Of a stretch of DNA of 64,000 nt, positions 26,851 to 37,199 are shown in pieces (position 1 is the stretch's first letter; each line of letters opens with the position of its first letter). Source of the DNA: Myxococcota bacterium (GTDB lineage: Bacteria > Myxococcota_A > UBA9160 > SZUA-336); contig CBDFGR010000002.1 in assembly GCA_965247115.1 (NCBI GenBank), forward strand, positions 32,001 to 96,000, in the 5' to 3' direction. Under the pieces are notes generated by a model. It searched no databases, was not told where the DNA came from, and saw only the letters and a list, made by a program, of their open reading frames with translations. The position numbers and the translations under genes were made by a program.

Positions 26851-28398
26851 TCAGCAGGTCGGCCAGTACGTCAGGGGGCGGGCCTCCGGGGGCGACACTG
26901 GGCGGTTGGCGAGCAGGCCGAGATCTTCGGCGAGGATGCGGCGGGTGTCGGCCGGGTCGATCATCTCGTCGATTCGCATGGTTCCAGCCGCCTCATAGGG
27001 AGAGGTGGCCTCGGCGACCTGCTGAACCAGACGCGCGCGCTCTTCTTCGCGCTTGTCCTCGTCGGCGATCTCCGCTAGCTGACGCGAGTAAGCCACGTTG
27101 ACACCCACGTCGGGATCCATGAAACCGATCTCCGCGCCAGGCCAGCTGTATACGCCCTGGTTGCGCGCGTTTGATCCATTCATCGCGGGCCAGGCCAGTC
27201 CAAAGGCCTTGCGGATGCAAACGGTCAGGGTCGGGGTGGTCGCCGCTTGGAGCGCCTGCATCATCCGCATGCCCCAATGCAGTATCCGGTCGTGCTCGAC
27301 GCGACGGCCGACCATGAAACCGGGCACGTCGACCAGGAATACGATCGGGATGTTGAATGCATCGCACACCACCATCAGGCGGATAATTTTCTGACACGCC
27401 GCCGGGTCGAGCACCCCGGCCTGGTACGTCGGGTTGTTCGCCACCAGGCCGATCGACCAACCATCCAGCCTTCCGAGGGCACACACGATGTTCCGCGCAT
27501 ACGCGGGCTGGAGCTCGAACACAGAGTCGGGATCGCAAAGACGCGCGACCACCTTGCGCATGTCGTAGCCGCGCTGTCTTCTCTCGGGAACCAACGCTGG
27601 AAGCTCTGGATCCGGGTCGAGGGTGCCTGTCGGCTCCGCTCGCGGCGCTGGTTGCCGATTGTTGTCAGGTAGATACGAGAGCCAGCGCCGGATCGCCTGG
27701 TAAGCCTCGTCGTCCGTGTCCACTCCGAGGTCGATCTGGCCGGTCTTGAGGGCGTGCACGTCGACTCCGCCCACGTCCTCGAACGAGATGATCTCGCCGG
27801 TCGTGGGTTCGAACACGCGGGGCGACGTCACGGCCAGGCAGGAACCGCGCACCATCACGACGTAGTCGGATAGGGCCGAGAGGAAGGAGGAGCCTCCGAA
27901 GGACTGGCCGATGATCGCCGTGGCCATCGGAACGCGATGAAAGCGATCGGCCATGCTGAAGCCCGCGGCGGCGTCGGAGATGCCCGCGGAGCCGATCAGG
28001 TCGGGAATTCGGCCGCCTCCGGTCTCGCCGAAGTGCACGACGGGCGTCCCCATCGCAAGGGCCCGGTCGATCAGACGCTGTTCCTTGCGGGTGCCGATGA
28101 TCGAGCTCGACCCTCGCAGGACGGTAATGTCGTCGCCGAAAACCGTCACCGGGCGACCGTCCACGGTTCCGTGCCCCCCGACCTTCCCATCGCAGGGAGT
28201 CCGGTCGCGATCCTCGATTCGCATCGAGCGCGTGAAGGTGCCGAGCTCCCGGAACGATCCGGCGTCGAGGAACGCATCGAAGTGATCGCGGATGGTCCGC
28301 TTGCCCGCCGCGTGCATGCGGGCCACTTTCTCCTGTCCCCCCATCTCCCTGCGGATCTTCTCCGCCCGCGCGTGCAGATCAGAAACCGGATCGCTCAT
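26851..28398 (-). CDS. Divergent acyl-CoA carboxyltransferase (beta-subunit-like)
   Basis: FLDAGSFRELG, DGKVGGHGTVDGRPV, GGGRIPD, DAFNIPIVFLVDVPGFMVG, IDEMIDPADTR. Confidence 0.85.
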   Translation of the reverse strand: MSDPVSDLHARAEKIRREMGGQEKVARMHAAGKRTIRDHFDAFLDAGSFRELGTFTRSMRIEDRDRTPCDGKVGGHGTVDGRPVTVFGDDITVLRGSSSIIGTRKEQRLIDRALAMGTPVVHFGETGGGRIPDLIGSAGISDAAAGFSMADRFHRVPMATAIIGQSFGGSSFLSALSDYVVMVRGSCLAVTSPRVFEPTTGEIISFEDVGGVDVHALKTGQIDLGVDTDDEAYQAIRRWLSYLPDNNRQPAPRAEPTGTLDPDPELPALVPERRQRGYDMRKVVARLCDPDSVFELQPAYARNIVCALGRLDGWSIGLVANNPTYQAGVLDPAACQKIIRLMVVCDAFNIPIVFLVDVPGFMVGRRVEHDRILHWGMRMMQALQAATTPTLTVCIRKAFGLAWPAMNGSNARNQGVYSWPGAEIGFMDPDVGVNVAYSRQLAEIADEDKREEERARLVQQVAEATSPYEAAGTMRIDEMIDPADTRRILAEDLGLLANRPVSPPEARPLTYWPTC

Positions 28399-28529
28399 TG
28401 AGATCCTCCAGCAGCCGAGGAGCGCATCAAGGCGCTCCTCCCGACAGAGCTCGACCGCGCCGCATTGCCGCTCGGCGGGTCGATCCGCCCTGGGCTCTCG
28501 CGTACGTCGCTCGCGCTCGTCGATCGGGC

Positions 28530-28988
28530 TTAGTCTTTGGGCTCCAAGACCACGACCGGGATCTCGCGGGCGCCAGCGGCTTTCTGATAATCGACGAACG
28601 GCGGATACATCTCAGCCATCTGCGCCCAGATTCGCTCCCGCTCGGCCCCGGTCGTTACCCGCGCCGCGGCCTCGAACTCATCGTTCGCGACCTTGATCTT
28701 CACGTTGCCTTGGGACGTCAGGTTGTGAAACCAGCCGGGATGCTTGGGATGGCCACCCTTCGACGCGATGATTGTGTAGCCGCCTTCCACCTTGCCGTAG
28801 AGCAGGGGCATGATGCTCTGCTTGCCCGACTTGCGCCCGGTCGTGAAAAGCAGAAGCGTCGGCAGAGGGCCAGGGCCGCCCCCGACCGTCGAATCCCAGA
28901 GGTGCGCGGCTTCGCCATCCTCGAGGTAGAGCTTGCGGTGTTGTGCGATCCAACCGCTCTTGCTGGCTTCGATGATCGGGTCACTCAT
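28530..28988 (-). CDS. Deazaflavin (F420)-dependent nitroreductase family protein (Ddn-like)
   Basis: LLLFTTGRKSG, IASKGGHPKHPGWFHNL, YQKAAGAREIPVVVL. Confidence 0.92.
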   Translation of the reverse strand: MSDPIIEASKSGWIAQHRKLYLEDGEAAHLWDSTVGGGPGPLPTLLLFTTGRKSGKQSIMPLLYGKVEGGYTIIASKGGHPKHPGWFHNLTSQGNVKIKVANDEFEAAARVTTGAERERIWAQMAEMYPPFVDYQKAAGAREIPVVVLEPKD

Positions 28989-29133
28989 TGTTCGAGACTC
29001 CTATGGTGCTAACAGGGTGATAGCCAGTGCGATACTGATGCTGCTTGCGAGATTATAGACTAGGGAGACCACCGTGGCGGCGGCTCTGGAATCAGCCGCT
29101 GAGATCGCTGCCAGTTTCGCGTATAACGTGACG

Positions 29134-30621
29134 ATGAGACGGATCCACCACCACATCGGCGGGCAGGCCGCGCCGGGCCGCTCCGGCCGCACCGGACCGG
29201 TCTTCGACCCGGCCACGGGCGAGCAGCAGGCCGTCGTCGACTTCGCGAATGCCGACGACGTCGACGCGGCGGTCGCCGCGGCCCGAGACGCATTCCCGGC
29301 CTGGCGCGAGGCTTCCCTCTCCGCCCGCGCCCAGATCCTCTTCCGGTTTCGGGCGCGCCTCGAGGAGCATCGCGACAAGCTCGCGCGGGCCATCACTGCC
29401 GAGCACGGCAAGGTGCTCTCAGATGCGGCCGGAGAGGTCGCTCGCGGACTCGAGAACGTCGAGTTCGCCTGCGGCGTGCCGAACCTGATGAAGGGCGGCT
29501 TCAGCGAGCAGGTGGCTGGCGGCGTGGACGTCTACTCGATCCGCCAGCCCCTGGGAATCACTGCCGGCATCACTCCCTTCAACTTCCCCGTGATGGTGCC
29601 GCTCTGGATGCTCTCGAACGCCATCGCCTGCGGTAACAGTTTCGTGCTGAAGCCGTCGGAGAAGGACCCCAGCGCCGCCCTGATCCTCGCGGATCTTCTC
29701 GCGGAGTCCGGCCTTCCTCCCGGCGTCTTCAACGTCGTCCACGGAGACAAGCTGGCCGTGGACCGGATCGTCGAGCACCCGGACGTCGCGGCCCTGAGCT
29801 TCGTCGGCTCCACACCGGTCGCCCGCCACGTGTACGAGGCCGGGACCCGTCACGGCAAGCGGGTGCAGGCGCTCGGCGGGGCGAAAAACCACATGGTCGT
29901 GCTGCCCGATGCCGATATCGAGATGGCGGCGGACGCAGCCGTGAGCGCCGCCTACGGATCGGCGGGCGAGCGCTGCATGGCGATCTCGGCGGTCGTCGCC
30001 GTCGGCGATGTCGCGGACGCGCTCGTCGAGGCCATTCGGGCTCGGATCGAGAAGCTCCGGATCGGCCCGGGAGCCGACCCGGACTCCGAGATGGGACCGC
30101 TGATCACCCGAGAGCACCGCGACAGGGTCGCCGGCTATCTCGACATCGCCCAGAGCGAAGGCGCCGCCGTTGTGACCGACGGACGGAACCGGGAGTTCGA
30201 AGGAGACGGCTACTTCCTCGGCGCGTCGCTGCTCGATCGGGTGCAGCCGCAGATGCAGGTGTACCGCGACGAGATCTTCGGGCCCGTGCTCTCCGTCGTC
30301 CGGGCGGAGGGGTACGAGGACGCCGTCGCCCTCGTGAACGAAAACGAGTACGGAAACGGGTGCGCCGTCTTCACCCGCGATGGTGGAGCTGCGCGACGCT
30401 TCCAGTTCGAGGTTGATTGCGGGATGGTCGGCATCAACGTCCCCATTCCGGTGCCCGTCGCCTACTACTCGTTCGGCGGATGGAAGGCCTCGCTGTTCGG
30501 CGATACGCACATGTACGGGCCGGATGGGGTCCATTTCTACACGCGGTCGAAGGTCGTCACGAGCCGCTGGCCGGACCCAGCCACCAGCCGGGTCGATCTG
30601 GGCTTTCCCCGTGTCCGATGA
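29134..30621 (+). CDS. mmsA: CoA-acylating (methyl)malonate-semialdehyde dehydrogenase
   Basis: GITPFNFPVMVPLW, KPSEKDPS, SFVGSTP, QALGGAKNHMVV, GSAGERCMA, GINVPIPVP, SFGGWKASLFGD. Confidence 0.92.
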   Translation: MRRIHHHIGGQAAPGRSGRTGPVFDPATGEQQAVVDFANADDVDAAVAAARDAFPAWREASLSARAQILFRFRARLEEHRDKLARAITAEHGKVLSDAAGEVARGLENVEFACGVPNLMKGGFSEQVAGGVDVYSIRQPLGITAGITPFNFPVMVPLWMLSNAIACGNSFVLKPSEKDPSAALILADLLAESGLPPGVFNVVHGDKLAVDRIVEHPDVAALSFVGSTPVARHVYEAGTRHGKRVQALGGAKNHMVVLPDADIEMAADAAVSAAYGSAGERCMAISAVVAVGDVADALVEAIRARIEKLRIGPGADPDSEMGPLITREHRDRVAGYLDIAQSEGAAVVTDGRNREFEGDGYFLGASLLDRVQPQMQVYRDEIFGPVLSVVRAEGYEDAVALVNENEYGNGCAVFTRDGGAARRFQFEVDCGMVGINVPIPVPVAYYSFGGWKASLFGDTHMYGPDGVHFYTRSKVVTSRWPDPATSRVDLGFPRVR

Positions 30622-30728
30622 GTAGCTTGAGTTGAGCACGTACGATCCCACTACCTTCCGAGCGCGCACGTCTTTCGACCGCATGGGCATGGGCGTGAGC
30701 TGCGGTAGGTAACAAGTAGGAGGGCACG

Positions 30729-31370
30729 GTGGAGCTATACGATGCCATGAGCACACTGCGCGCGGTGCGTCGCCTACGGCCCGACCCGATCCCGGAGGAA
30801 GTGCTGGATCGGGTGTTCACCGCCGCAACCTGGGCGCCGACGGGTGGCAACGTGCAGCCCTGGCGGATCATCGCGGTCAGAGATGCAGCCAAGAAACAGG
30901 CGTTGGAGGATTTGTACCGACCCCGCTGGCAGGGTTACGTTCCAAGCTACCGCCAGCGCATGGCATCAATGCCACCGCAGCAGCAGGCGAAATCGGAACG
31001 CACCCTCGCCGCCGGCGACTATCTGTCCGAGCACATGCACGAAGCACCGGTGCTTGCCGTGTTCTGCTACAACCCGCACATCATGGCGATCACCGATGAG
31101 GATCAGTCCAGGCCGAGCGTCGTCGGTGGCGGATCGGTGTACCCGTCGGTGCAGAACCTGCTGCTCGCATGTCGCAGCGAAGGCCTCGGCTGCGTGCTCA
31201 CGACGCTCTTGTGCATGGACGAACCGGCCGTGAAAGTGCTCTTGGAGATGCCCGACGATTGGTACACGTGCGCCCACGTGCCGATCGGCTACCCGGTGGG
31301 CGGCGGACACGGCCGTATTGCCCGGCGGCCGAAGGAGAAGATGGTCTTTGACGACCGGTGGGAGCGATAG
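30729..31370 (+). CDS. Nitroreductase family protein
   Basis: TLRAVRRLRPDPIP, APTGGNVQPW, SVYPSVQNLLLACRSEGLG, PIGYP. Confidence 0.9.
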   Translation: MELYDAMSTLRAVRRLRPDPIPEEVLDRVFTAATWAPTGGNVQPWRIIAVRDAAKKQALEDLYRPRWQGYVPSYRQRMASMPPQQQAKSERTLAAGDYLSEHMHEAPVLAVFCYNPHIMAITDEDQSRPSVVGGGSVYPSVQNLLLACRSEGLGCVLTTLLCMDEPAVKVLLEMPDDWYTCAHVPIGYPVGGGHGRIARRPKEKMVFDDRWER

Positions 31371-31458
31371 AACCCACTGGTGGCTGGGTGACGCCGCAGC
31401 ACCGGTAGAGTGTGACTGCCTTCGTTCGGGCAATGCCGGTTAGAGAATCGGAGGGGCT

Positions 31459-33462
31459 ATGTCCGGGTACAAGGATCGTGATCTGGGAATGCACCGGGAT
31501 ATCACCCGACGTGACTTCGTCAGTGGCGTTGGGGTTGCTGTCGGGGGGTCGCTCATCGCACCTCGATTGCTCTCCGCTCGCGAAGGTGCATCCACTGCGC
31601 CCAGGATGCAGGAATACTATCCACCGGCCCGCACTGGAATGCGCGGAAGTCACGCCGGTTCGTTCGAGGTTGCCCATGCGCTCCGCGATGGGAACACCTG
31701 GACCGATGCCGCCAACACGGGTGAGCACTACGATCTCGTCGTGGTCGGAGGAGGGCTAAGCGGGCTCTCGGCGGCCTACTTTTTCTTGACCTCGGCCGGC
31801 CCCGGCGCACGTGTGCTGGTCATAGAAAATCACGATGACTTCGGCGGCCACGCCAAGCGCAATGAGCTGACTTATCGAGGCCGTACGCTGATGCTGAACG
31901 GCGGCACGTCGTACCTCGAGTCCGTGCGCCAATACAGTACCGTCTCCAGGACGCTCCTCGCCGCGATCGGCATCGATGTGGAAAACGCGATTCCCACCAG
32001 CGCCGCGGGGATGGGATTCTACCGATCGCTGGGACTTGGAAACGGCACGTTCTTCGCGAAAGAAGTGTTCGGCGAGGACCGACTCGTTACGGGACGTGAG
32101 GCGCCCGAGGAATTCGGGAGCAGCGGATGGGCCGATTGGCTCGCACAGACGCCGCTCTCTTCGGTCGCACAGAGGGACATCGCGCGGCTCTACGATGACC
32201 GTGCGAATCCGGACTATATGCCTGGACTGTCGGATACGGACAAGAAGGAACGCCTGGCGCGGATCAGTTATCGGGACTTCCTCCTCGATCTCGCCAAGAT
32301 TCACCCCGATGTAATTCCATTTTTCGATGACGAGCCGAAGGGTAGCTTCTGCGTGGGCATCGACGGCTATCCGGCGCTCTATGGCTGGGCCCAGGGTTAT
32401 CCCGGGTTCCAGGGAATGAACCTCGAGCCCTTTTCCCGGGTGGGTCCGCTAGCGCACATCGGGGGCGGACAACACGGCCTCGAGAGCGAGTGGAACCATG
32501 GGCCGAACCTCTACTTTCCGGACGGGAACGCAACCGTAGCCCGGCTCCTGGTTCGGGCCGTGATTCCCGACGCGCTTCCGGGGACGACGCTTGCGGATTC
32601 GATCACGTCGCGCCTTGCGTACGACCGGATCGACCGCGAGGGCTCCAACGCCCGGATTCGTCTCAACAGCACGGTGGTATCTGTGCGCCACCTGGGCGAT
32701 CCAGATGCGGCCCGCGAGGTCGAAATTACCTATGTGCGGGACGGCAAGGCCGAGAAGGTACGCGCGGATCACTGTGTGATGGCGTGTTACAACGCGGTCA
32801 TCCCGCAGCTCGTTCCCGAGCTGTCAGACGCGCAGAGGACGGCGCTCATGTATGGCGTCAAGATGCCCCTCGTCTACACGAGCGTCCTCATCCGTCAGTG
32901 GACGGCCTTCACGAATCTGGGCATCTCAGGGGCGAGTGCACCGGGGATGTACCACACCGGCGTGAGGCTCGGCCGGTCCGTGCAGTTCGGTGACTACCGA
33001 CCCTCTAGATCGCCTGACGATCCGATGATTCTGCACATGTCCAGGATGCCTTGCGCGCCTGGACGCCCGAAGAAGGAGCAGCATCGCATCGGGCGAGCGG
33101 ATCTTCTGGCCGCGACCTTTGAGACCTTCGAGCGCAACATCCGGGACCAACTCGGTCGTATCCTGGAGGGCGGAGGGTTCGACCCGACCCGAGACATTGA
33201 AGCGATCACGGTGAATCGCTGGCCCCACGGATACGCCTATAGCTACGACACCTTGAACGATCCGATCGAGTGGGCGTTGTTCGACCCCGACGATCGGCCA
33301 TGCGTGATGGGGAGGCGACGATTCGGTCGGATTTCCATCGCGAACTCCGATGCGGCTGCCTCGACGCACACGGACTCAGCCATCGACGAGGCGCATCGAG
33401 CAACACGAGAGCAGCTCATTGTTCGAAGCCGCAGCCGGCGAAGAGCCTCCAGCACGAACTAG
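31459..33462 (+). CDS. Tat-exported FAD-dependent oxidoreductase, spermidine dehydrogenase (SpdH)-like
   Basis: ITRRDFV Tat motif, YYPPARTGMRGSHAGSFEVAH, GGGLSGL, ENHDDFGGHAKRNE, FPDGNATVARLLV, ITVNRWPHGYAY. Confidence 0.85.
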   Translation: MSGYKDRDLGMHRDITRRDFVSGVGVAVGGSLIAPRLLSAREGASTAPRMQEYYPPARTGMRGSHAGSFEVAHALRDGNTWTDAANTGEHYDLVVVGGGLSGLSAAYFFLTSAGPGARVLVIENHDDFGGHAKRNELTYRGRTLMLNGGTSYLESVRQYSTVSRTLLAAIGIDVENAIPTSAAGMGFYRSLGLGNGTFFAKEVFGEDRLVTGREAPEEFGSSGWADWLAQTPLSSVAQRDIARLYDDRANPDYMPGLSDTDKKERLARISYRDFLLDLAKIHPDVIPFFDDEPKGSFCVGIDGYPALYGWAQGYPGFQGMNLEPFSRVGPLAHIGGGQHGLESEWNHGPNLYFPDGNATVARLLVRAVIPDALPGTTLADSITSRLAYDRIDREGSNARIRLNSTVVSVRHLGDPDAAREVEITYVRDGKAEKVRADHCVMACYNAVIPQLVPELSDAQRTALMYGVKMPLVYTSVLIRQWTAFTNLGISGASAPGMYHTGVRLGRSVQFGDYRPSRSPDDPMILHMSRMPCAPGRPKKEQHRIGRADLLAATFETFERNIRDQLGRILEGGGFDPTRDIEAITVNRWPHGYAYSYDTLNDPIEWALFDPDDRPCVMGRRRFGRISIANSDAAASTHTDSAIDEAHRATREQLIVRSRSRRRASSTN

Positions 33463-33501
33463 GTGAACCCGGGGTAGGACCAGAGCGTGTTGGGGGCGGA
33501 C

Positions 33502-33636
33502 ATGTTTGGACTGCCTTTTGCCACGGCTGCGTTGCTTGTCGGATTTCCAATTCTGTGGATCGTCTACACCATTGGATTTCTCATCGTGACCCGCAATTGG
33601 CAAGAGGATTCCACCAGCGAGGATGATCAGGCGTGA
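33502..33636 (+). CDS. Small single-pass membrane protein (44 aa), likely accessory subunit of the SSS transporter
   Basis: MFGLPFATAALLVGFPILWIVYTIGFLIVTRNWQEDSTSEDDQA*; the stop overlaps the SSS start (GTGA); not in the ORF track. Confidence 0.7.
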   Translation: MFGLPFATAALLVGFPILWIVYTIGFLIVTRNWQEDSTSEDDQA

Positions 33637-35123
33637 ATTCTACGGTCATCCTTTTCCTGATCCTGTATTTCCTGGTTGTGTCAGGCATAGGGGTCTGGGC
33701 GATGCGCGTTGGGGCAGGCCGCAACCTCGAAGGTTACCTCCTTGGTGGCCGCAAGGTGGGACCGCTTGTTACGGCGCTCACACTGCAAAGCACCTCGATG
33801 AGCGGGTACATGTTCCTGGGTGCCGGTGCCCTGGGATTCAGCGAGGGCTATTGGGCCTTGTGGTATGCCGCAGGTGATATCGGCGGCGGGGTACTGAATC
33901 TCTCCATCATCGGCCGGCGTATGCGCAAGTTCTCCGAGTTGATGGGTGCGTTGACCTCTATCGAATACCTGGAAAAACGATATCCATCCCCCGCGATACG
34001 CCTGATAGGTGCCACTCTGACCGTATTCCTGCTCGGAGCCTACGTGCTGGCTCAGTTCATTGCGGGGGGCAAAGGAATGGCGCTGGTCACGGGCATGCCC
34101 TATGCCGCAGCCCTCTTAATCGCTGTCAGCATCATCATGTTGTACACGCTGCTTGGCGGATATCTCGCAGTTGCTTATACGGACTTCTTTCAGAGGGTCA
34201 TCATGCTGATCGGCATGGTCTGGATCGCCACCGCGGCGCTTGCCGAGGTCGGTGGGCTAACCGCAGCTAACCATGCCATAGGTGAATTGGACCCAACGTT
34301 GTTGTCCGCGTGGGGTAAAGATCTAGCGTTCGAAGGCCAGTGGGGCATCGCCATCGGTGCGGTCATGGTTTTCTCGATTGGCAGCATGGGATGGCCTCAT
34401 CTGGTAACACGCCACATGGCAATGACACATCCAACCACCGCGCGCCGTGCCGGCGGATACGCCACCCTTTTTAATCTGCTTTTCGTCTCTGCGCCATACC
34501 TCGTCGGCATCATGGCGCTTGTCATCCTACCGAGTCTGGGGGACCCGGAACTCGCTGTATTCAACGTTGCTGAGAAACTGCTACCACCAGCGATTACCGG
34601 CATAGTCATGGCGGCCATCATGGCGGCGATCATGTCCACGGCAGATTCCCTGTTGTTGCAGACTGGCTCCGTGGCTTCCCGGGATATCTATGAGCGGTTT
34701 ATCAACAGGCGGGCCTCTGAACGGCAAATGGTGTGGATTTCACGCGGCCTGGTATTGGCCATCGGCATCGTCGGTTACACGATTGCCCTGCTGCAGCCAC
34801 CAACCGTCTTCGGAATCGTGGTGTTTGCGACCAGCGTATTGGGCAGCGCATTCCTGCCATCGTACGTCTGCGCTGTATGGTGGCGAAGCGCGAACACACC
34901 GGGCGCGATTGCTTCAATGGTAAGCGGCGCAATCGTCGCCTTTATGTGGGAGCTGCTGGGCCTTGCGAGAACTACCGGCTTACATCCCATGCTCGCAGGA
35001 ATAGTCAGTTCGACCACCGCCATGATTGTGGTCAGTCTTGCAACGCAGCGGGTTGCGCCGGTCCCAGATCACATTGTCGCCACCATGGATGCAGCGGCTA
35101 GACTCGACAATCGCGCGCGGTGA
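33633..35123 (+). CDS. Sodium:solute symporter (PutP-like)
   Basis: YLLGGRKVG, SMSGYMFLG, YTLLGGYLAVAYTD, GWPH, AAIMSTADSLLL. Confidence 0.92.
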   Translation: MNSTVILFLILYFLVVSGIGVWAMRVGAGRNLEGYLLGGRKVGPLVTALTLQSTSMSGYMFLGAGALGFSEGYWALWYAAGDIGGGVLNLSIIGRRMRKFSELMGALTSIEYLEKRYPSPAIRLIGATLTVFLLGAYVLAQFIAGGKGMALVTGMPYAAALLIAVSIIMLYTLLGGYLAVAYTDFFQRVIMLIGMVWIATAALAEVGGLTAANHAIGELDPTLLSAWGKDLAFEGQWGIAIGAVMVFSIGSMGWPHLVTRHMAMTHPTTARRAGGYATLFNLLFVSAPYLVGIMALVILPSLGDPELAVFNVAEKLLPPAITGIVMAAIMAAIMSTADSLLLQTGSVASRDIYERFINRRASERQMVWISRGLVLAIGIVGYTIALLQPPTVFGIVVFATSVLGSAFLPSYVCAVWWRSANTPGAIASMVSGAIVAFMWELLGLARTTGLHPMLAGIVSSTTAMIVVSLATQRVAPVPDHIVATMDAAARLDNRAR

Positions 35124-35155
35124 GGCAACGGCTCTGTGCGGTGTTACTCCGGCTC

Positions 35156-36397
35156 CTAGATCGGAGTCTCGTGGCGCTGGCCGGTCGGATCGATCGTGAC
35201 CCTGCGCGACTTCAGGGGCTTGTCGTTTAGACGATCCAGGGTCCAGTCGGCGATCATGGTGAGCCAGTTCTCGCCCAGCGCTGCGGCCGAGGAGCTGCCG
35301 ATTGCGTGCCGGTCCCCTTGGTATTCGACCAGCTCGCGCGGGCAGGTCATCTTGTCGATCAGCTCGTGCGAGTACTCGATCGGGCTCAACTCGTCGTCTT
35401 CGCCAGCCTGGACCAAGACCGGTGCCGTGATGTCCTGCACGGTTCCGCGCAGGTCGAACTTCTCGACGAAGCGGTCGAACTCATCCTCGTCCTGGTAGCC
35501 ACTCATGTACATGAAGCGCAGCTTGAAGGTGGGCGAAGCCTGGTTGAAGATCACGTTGCCGCCGGGCTCGTGGCAAACGAAGGTCACGGCAACACCCTTG
35601 ATCTTGTCCCCTAGCTCGGCAGCGCCTTGTAGACCGAAGTAGCTACCGAAGCTGAGCCCCCACAACGCGATGCGATCCGGGTCGATGTGGGGCTGCTGTA
35701 CCAGCCAATCGTACACCGCCTTGGTCGATTGGCGGTGGTTGTCGGGGGTGACGTGAATATTGCGAATGCAGCACTCGCCCTGCCCCGGGCCGTCGAACGC
35801 GAAGTTGGCGATGCCCCGCTCCAGGAACTTATCGCCGTACATCGAACACATGATTTCCTTGGAACCGTCCATGCCATCGATGCCGATGACCGCGGGAAAC
35901 TTCTCGCCGGGAGCCGGTTCGTGAGGCAGGTTCAAGTGTCCGGGAAGCGATGAGTCGCCGAACGGCACTTCCGCGGGAACGATCGGGTGGGGGGCGTACT
36001 CGACGTACTTTGCGTAGTTCGCGCGCATGCGATCGTTGTAGTGGATCAGCTTGTCGGTGTTCTCGTAGATCGGCCAGCGCGACTGCGAGTAGAGCAGAGC
36101 GGCGATGAAGTAGCTCTCACGCGCGGCTACCGTGCGCCCCTGGGCGTCGAAGTCCTGGGCCTTCTTTTCACGGCGCGCACCTGCCGCCGCAAACTCACGG
36201 TGGATGTCCGTGAACTTGCGGACCCGATCGCTCACGGTGCGGAAGTCCCCGACTCCCTCGATCCCACACGGGTAGAGGGTGTAGCCGATGCGCGGCTGAT
36301 CCCACTCGAGCCCGTCGGTGCGGATGATCGAATCGATGATCCAGCGCTGCTCTTGCCAGCGCTTCATGAGTCGCTCGGTCTTTGCGTGCATGGCCAC
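35156..36397 (-). CDS. Alpha/beta hydrolase (2,6-dihydroxypseudooxynicotine hydrolase/FrsA-like)
   Basis: DGMDGSKE, FDGPGQGE, GLSFGSY nucleophile elbow, GEDDELSP, His in GDRH. Confidence 0.8.
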   Translation of the reverse strand: MAMHAKTERLMKRWQEQRWIIDSIIRTDGLEWDQPRIGYTLYPCGIEGVGDFRTVSDRVRKFTDIHREFAAAGARREKKAQDFDAQGRTVAARESYFIAALLYSQSRWPIYENTDKLIHYNDRMRANYAKYVEYAPHPIVPAEVPFGDSSLPGHLNLPHEPAPGEKFPAVIGIDGMDGSKEIMCSMYGDKFLERGIANFAFDGPGQGECCIRNIHVTPDNHRQSTKAVYDWLVQQPHIDPDRIALWGLSFGSYFGLQGAAELGDKIKGVAVTFVCHEPGGNVIFNQASPTFKLRFMYMSGYQDEDEFDRFVEKFDLRGTVQDITAPVLVQAGEDDELSPIEYSHELIDKMTCPRELVEYQGDRHAIGSSSAAALGENWLTMIADWTLDRLNDKPLKSRRVTIDPTGQRHETPI

Positions 36398-36410
36398 GGT
36401 TGCGTTCCTC

Positions 36411-37199
36411 CTAAGAGGTGTAGTCCAGGAAGTTGATCATGCCCGAGTGCGCGGTCATGCCGCCATCCACCGAGTAGGCCATACCGGTGATGAACGATGC
36501 CGCGTCCGACGCCAGAAATAGAATGAGCTCGGCCACCTCTTCGGGCTGTCCCATGCGGCGCAGGGGGTGACAGTCCCCCATCTCCTTGACCAGCTCTTGC
36601 TCTCGATCCCCGCCCAGTAGCTTTGCCACACGCGTCTGAATGGCGCCGGGACAGACGCAGTTCACGCGAATGCCATCGGCCGCTACTTCGAGCGCGGCTG
36701 CCCGTGTCAGATTCACAACGCCGGCCTTTGCCGCGTTATAGGCAGACATGCCGTAGTCGCCCTTCAAGCCGGAAACTGAGCCCGTGTTGACGACCGCTCC
36801 GCCACCCTGCTGGCGCATGATAGGCAGTACGTGCTTCAAGCTCAGAAAGACACTGGTCGTAGTGACCCGGAGCGTCTCATTCCACTCCTCGAGTGTCAGT
36901 TGCTCGAGTGCCTTGGGTAGCCCGAGACCGGCGTTGTTGATCGCGACGTCGAGGCGACCCCAGCGATCGAGGGTCCGTTTGATCATTTCCTGAACACTGT
37001 CGGCGTCGCCGGCGTCGCCCTTCAGCCAGATCGCATCGGCGCCCTGCTCGGTGATCGACTTGCACACCTCCTGCGCACGGCGGCCACTGAGATCGGCCAC
37101 CATCACGTTGGCCCCCTCCCGCGCCAGGCTCCGCGCGGTGGATGCACCGATACCAGAGCCCCCCGCCGTCACGAAGGCCACCTTGTTCTCGAAGCGCAT
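36411..37199 (-). CDS. SDR oxidoreductase
   Basis: TAGGSGIG, NNAG, YNAAK, IRVNCVCPG. Confidence 0.92.
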   Translation of the reverse strand: MRFENKVAFVTAGGSGIGASTARSLAREGANVMVADLSGRRAQEVCKSITEQGADAIWLKGDAGDADSVQEMIKRTLDRWGRLDVAINNAGLGLPKALEQLTLEEWNETLRVTTTSVFLSLKHVLPIMRQQGGGAVVNTGSVSGLKGDYGMSAYNAAKAGVVNLTRAAALEVAADGIRVNCVCPGAIQTRVAKLLGGDREQELVKEMGDCHPLRRMGQPEEVAELILFLASDAASFITGMAYSVDGGMTAHSGMINFLDYTS

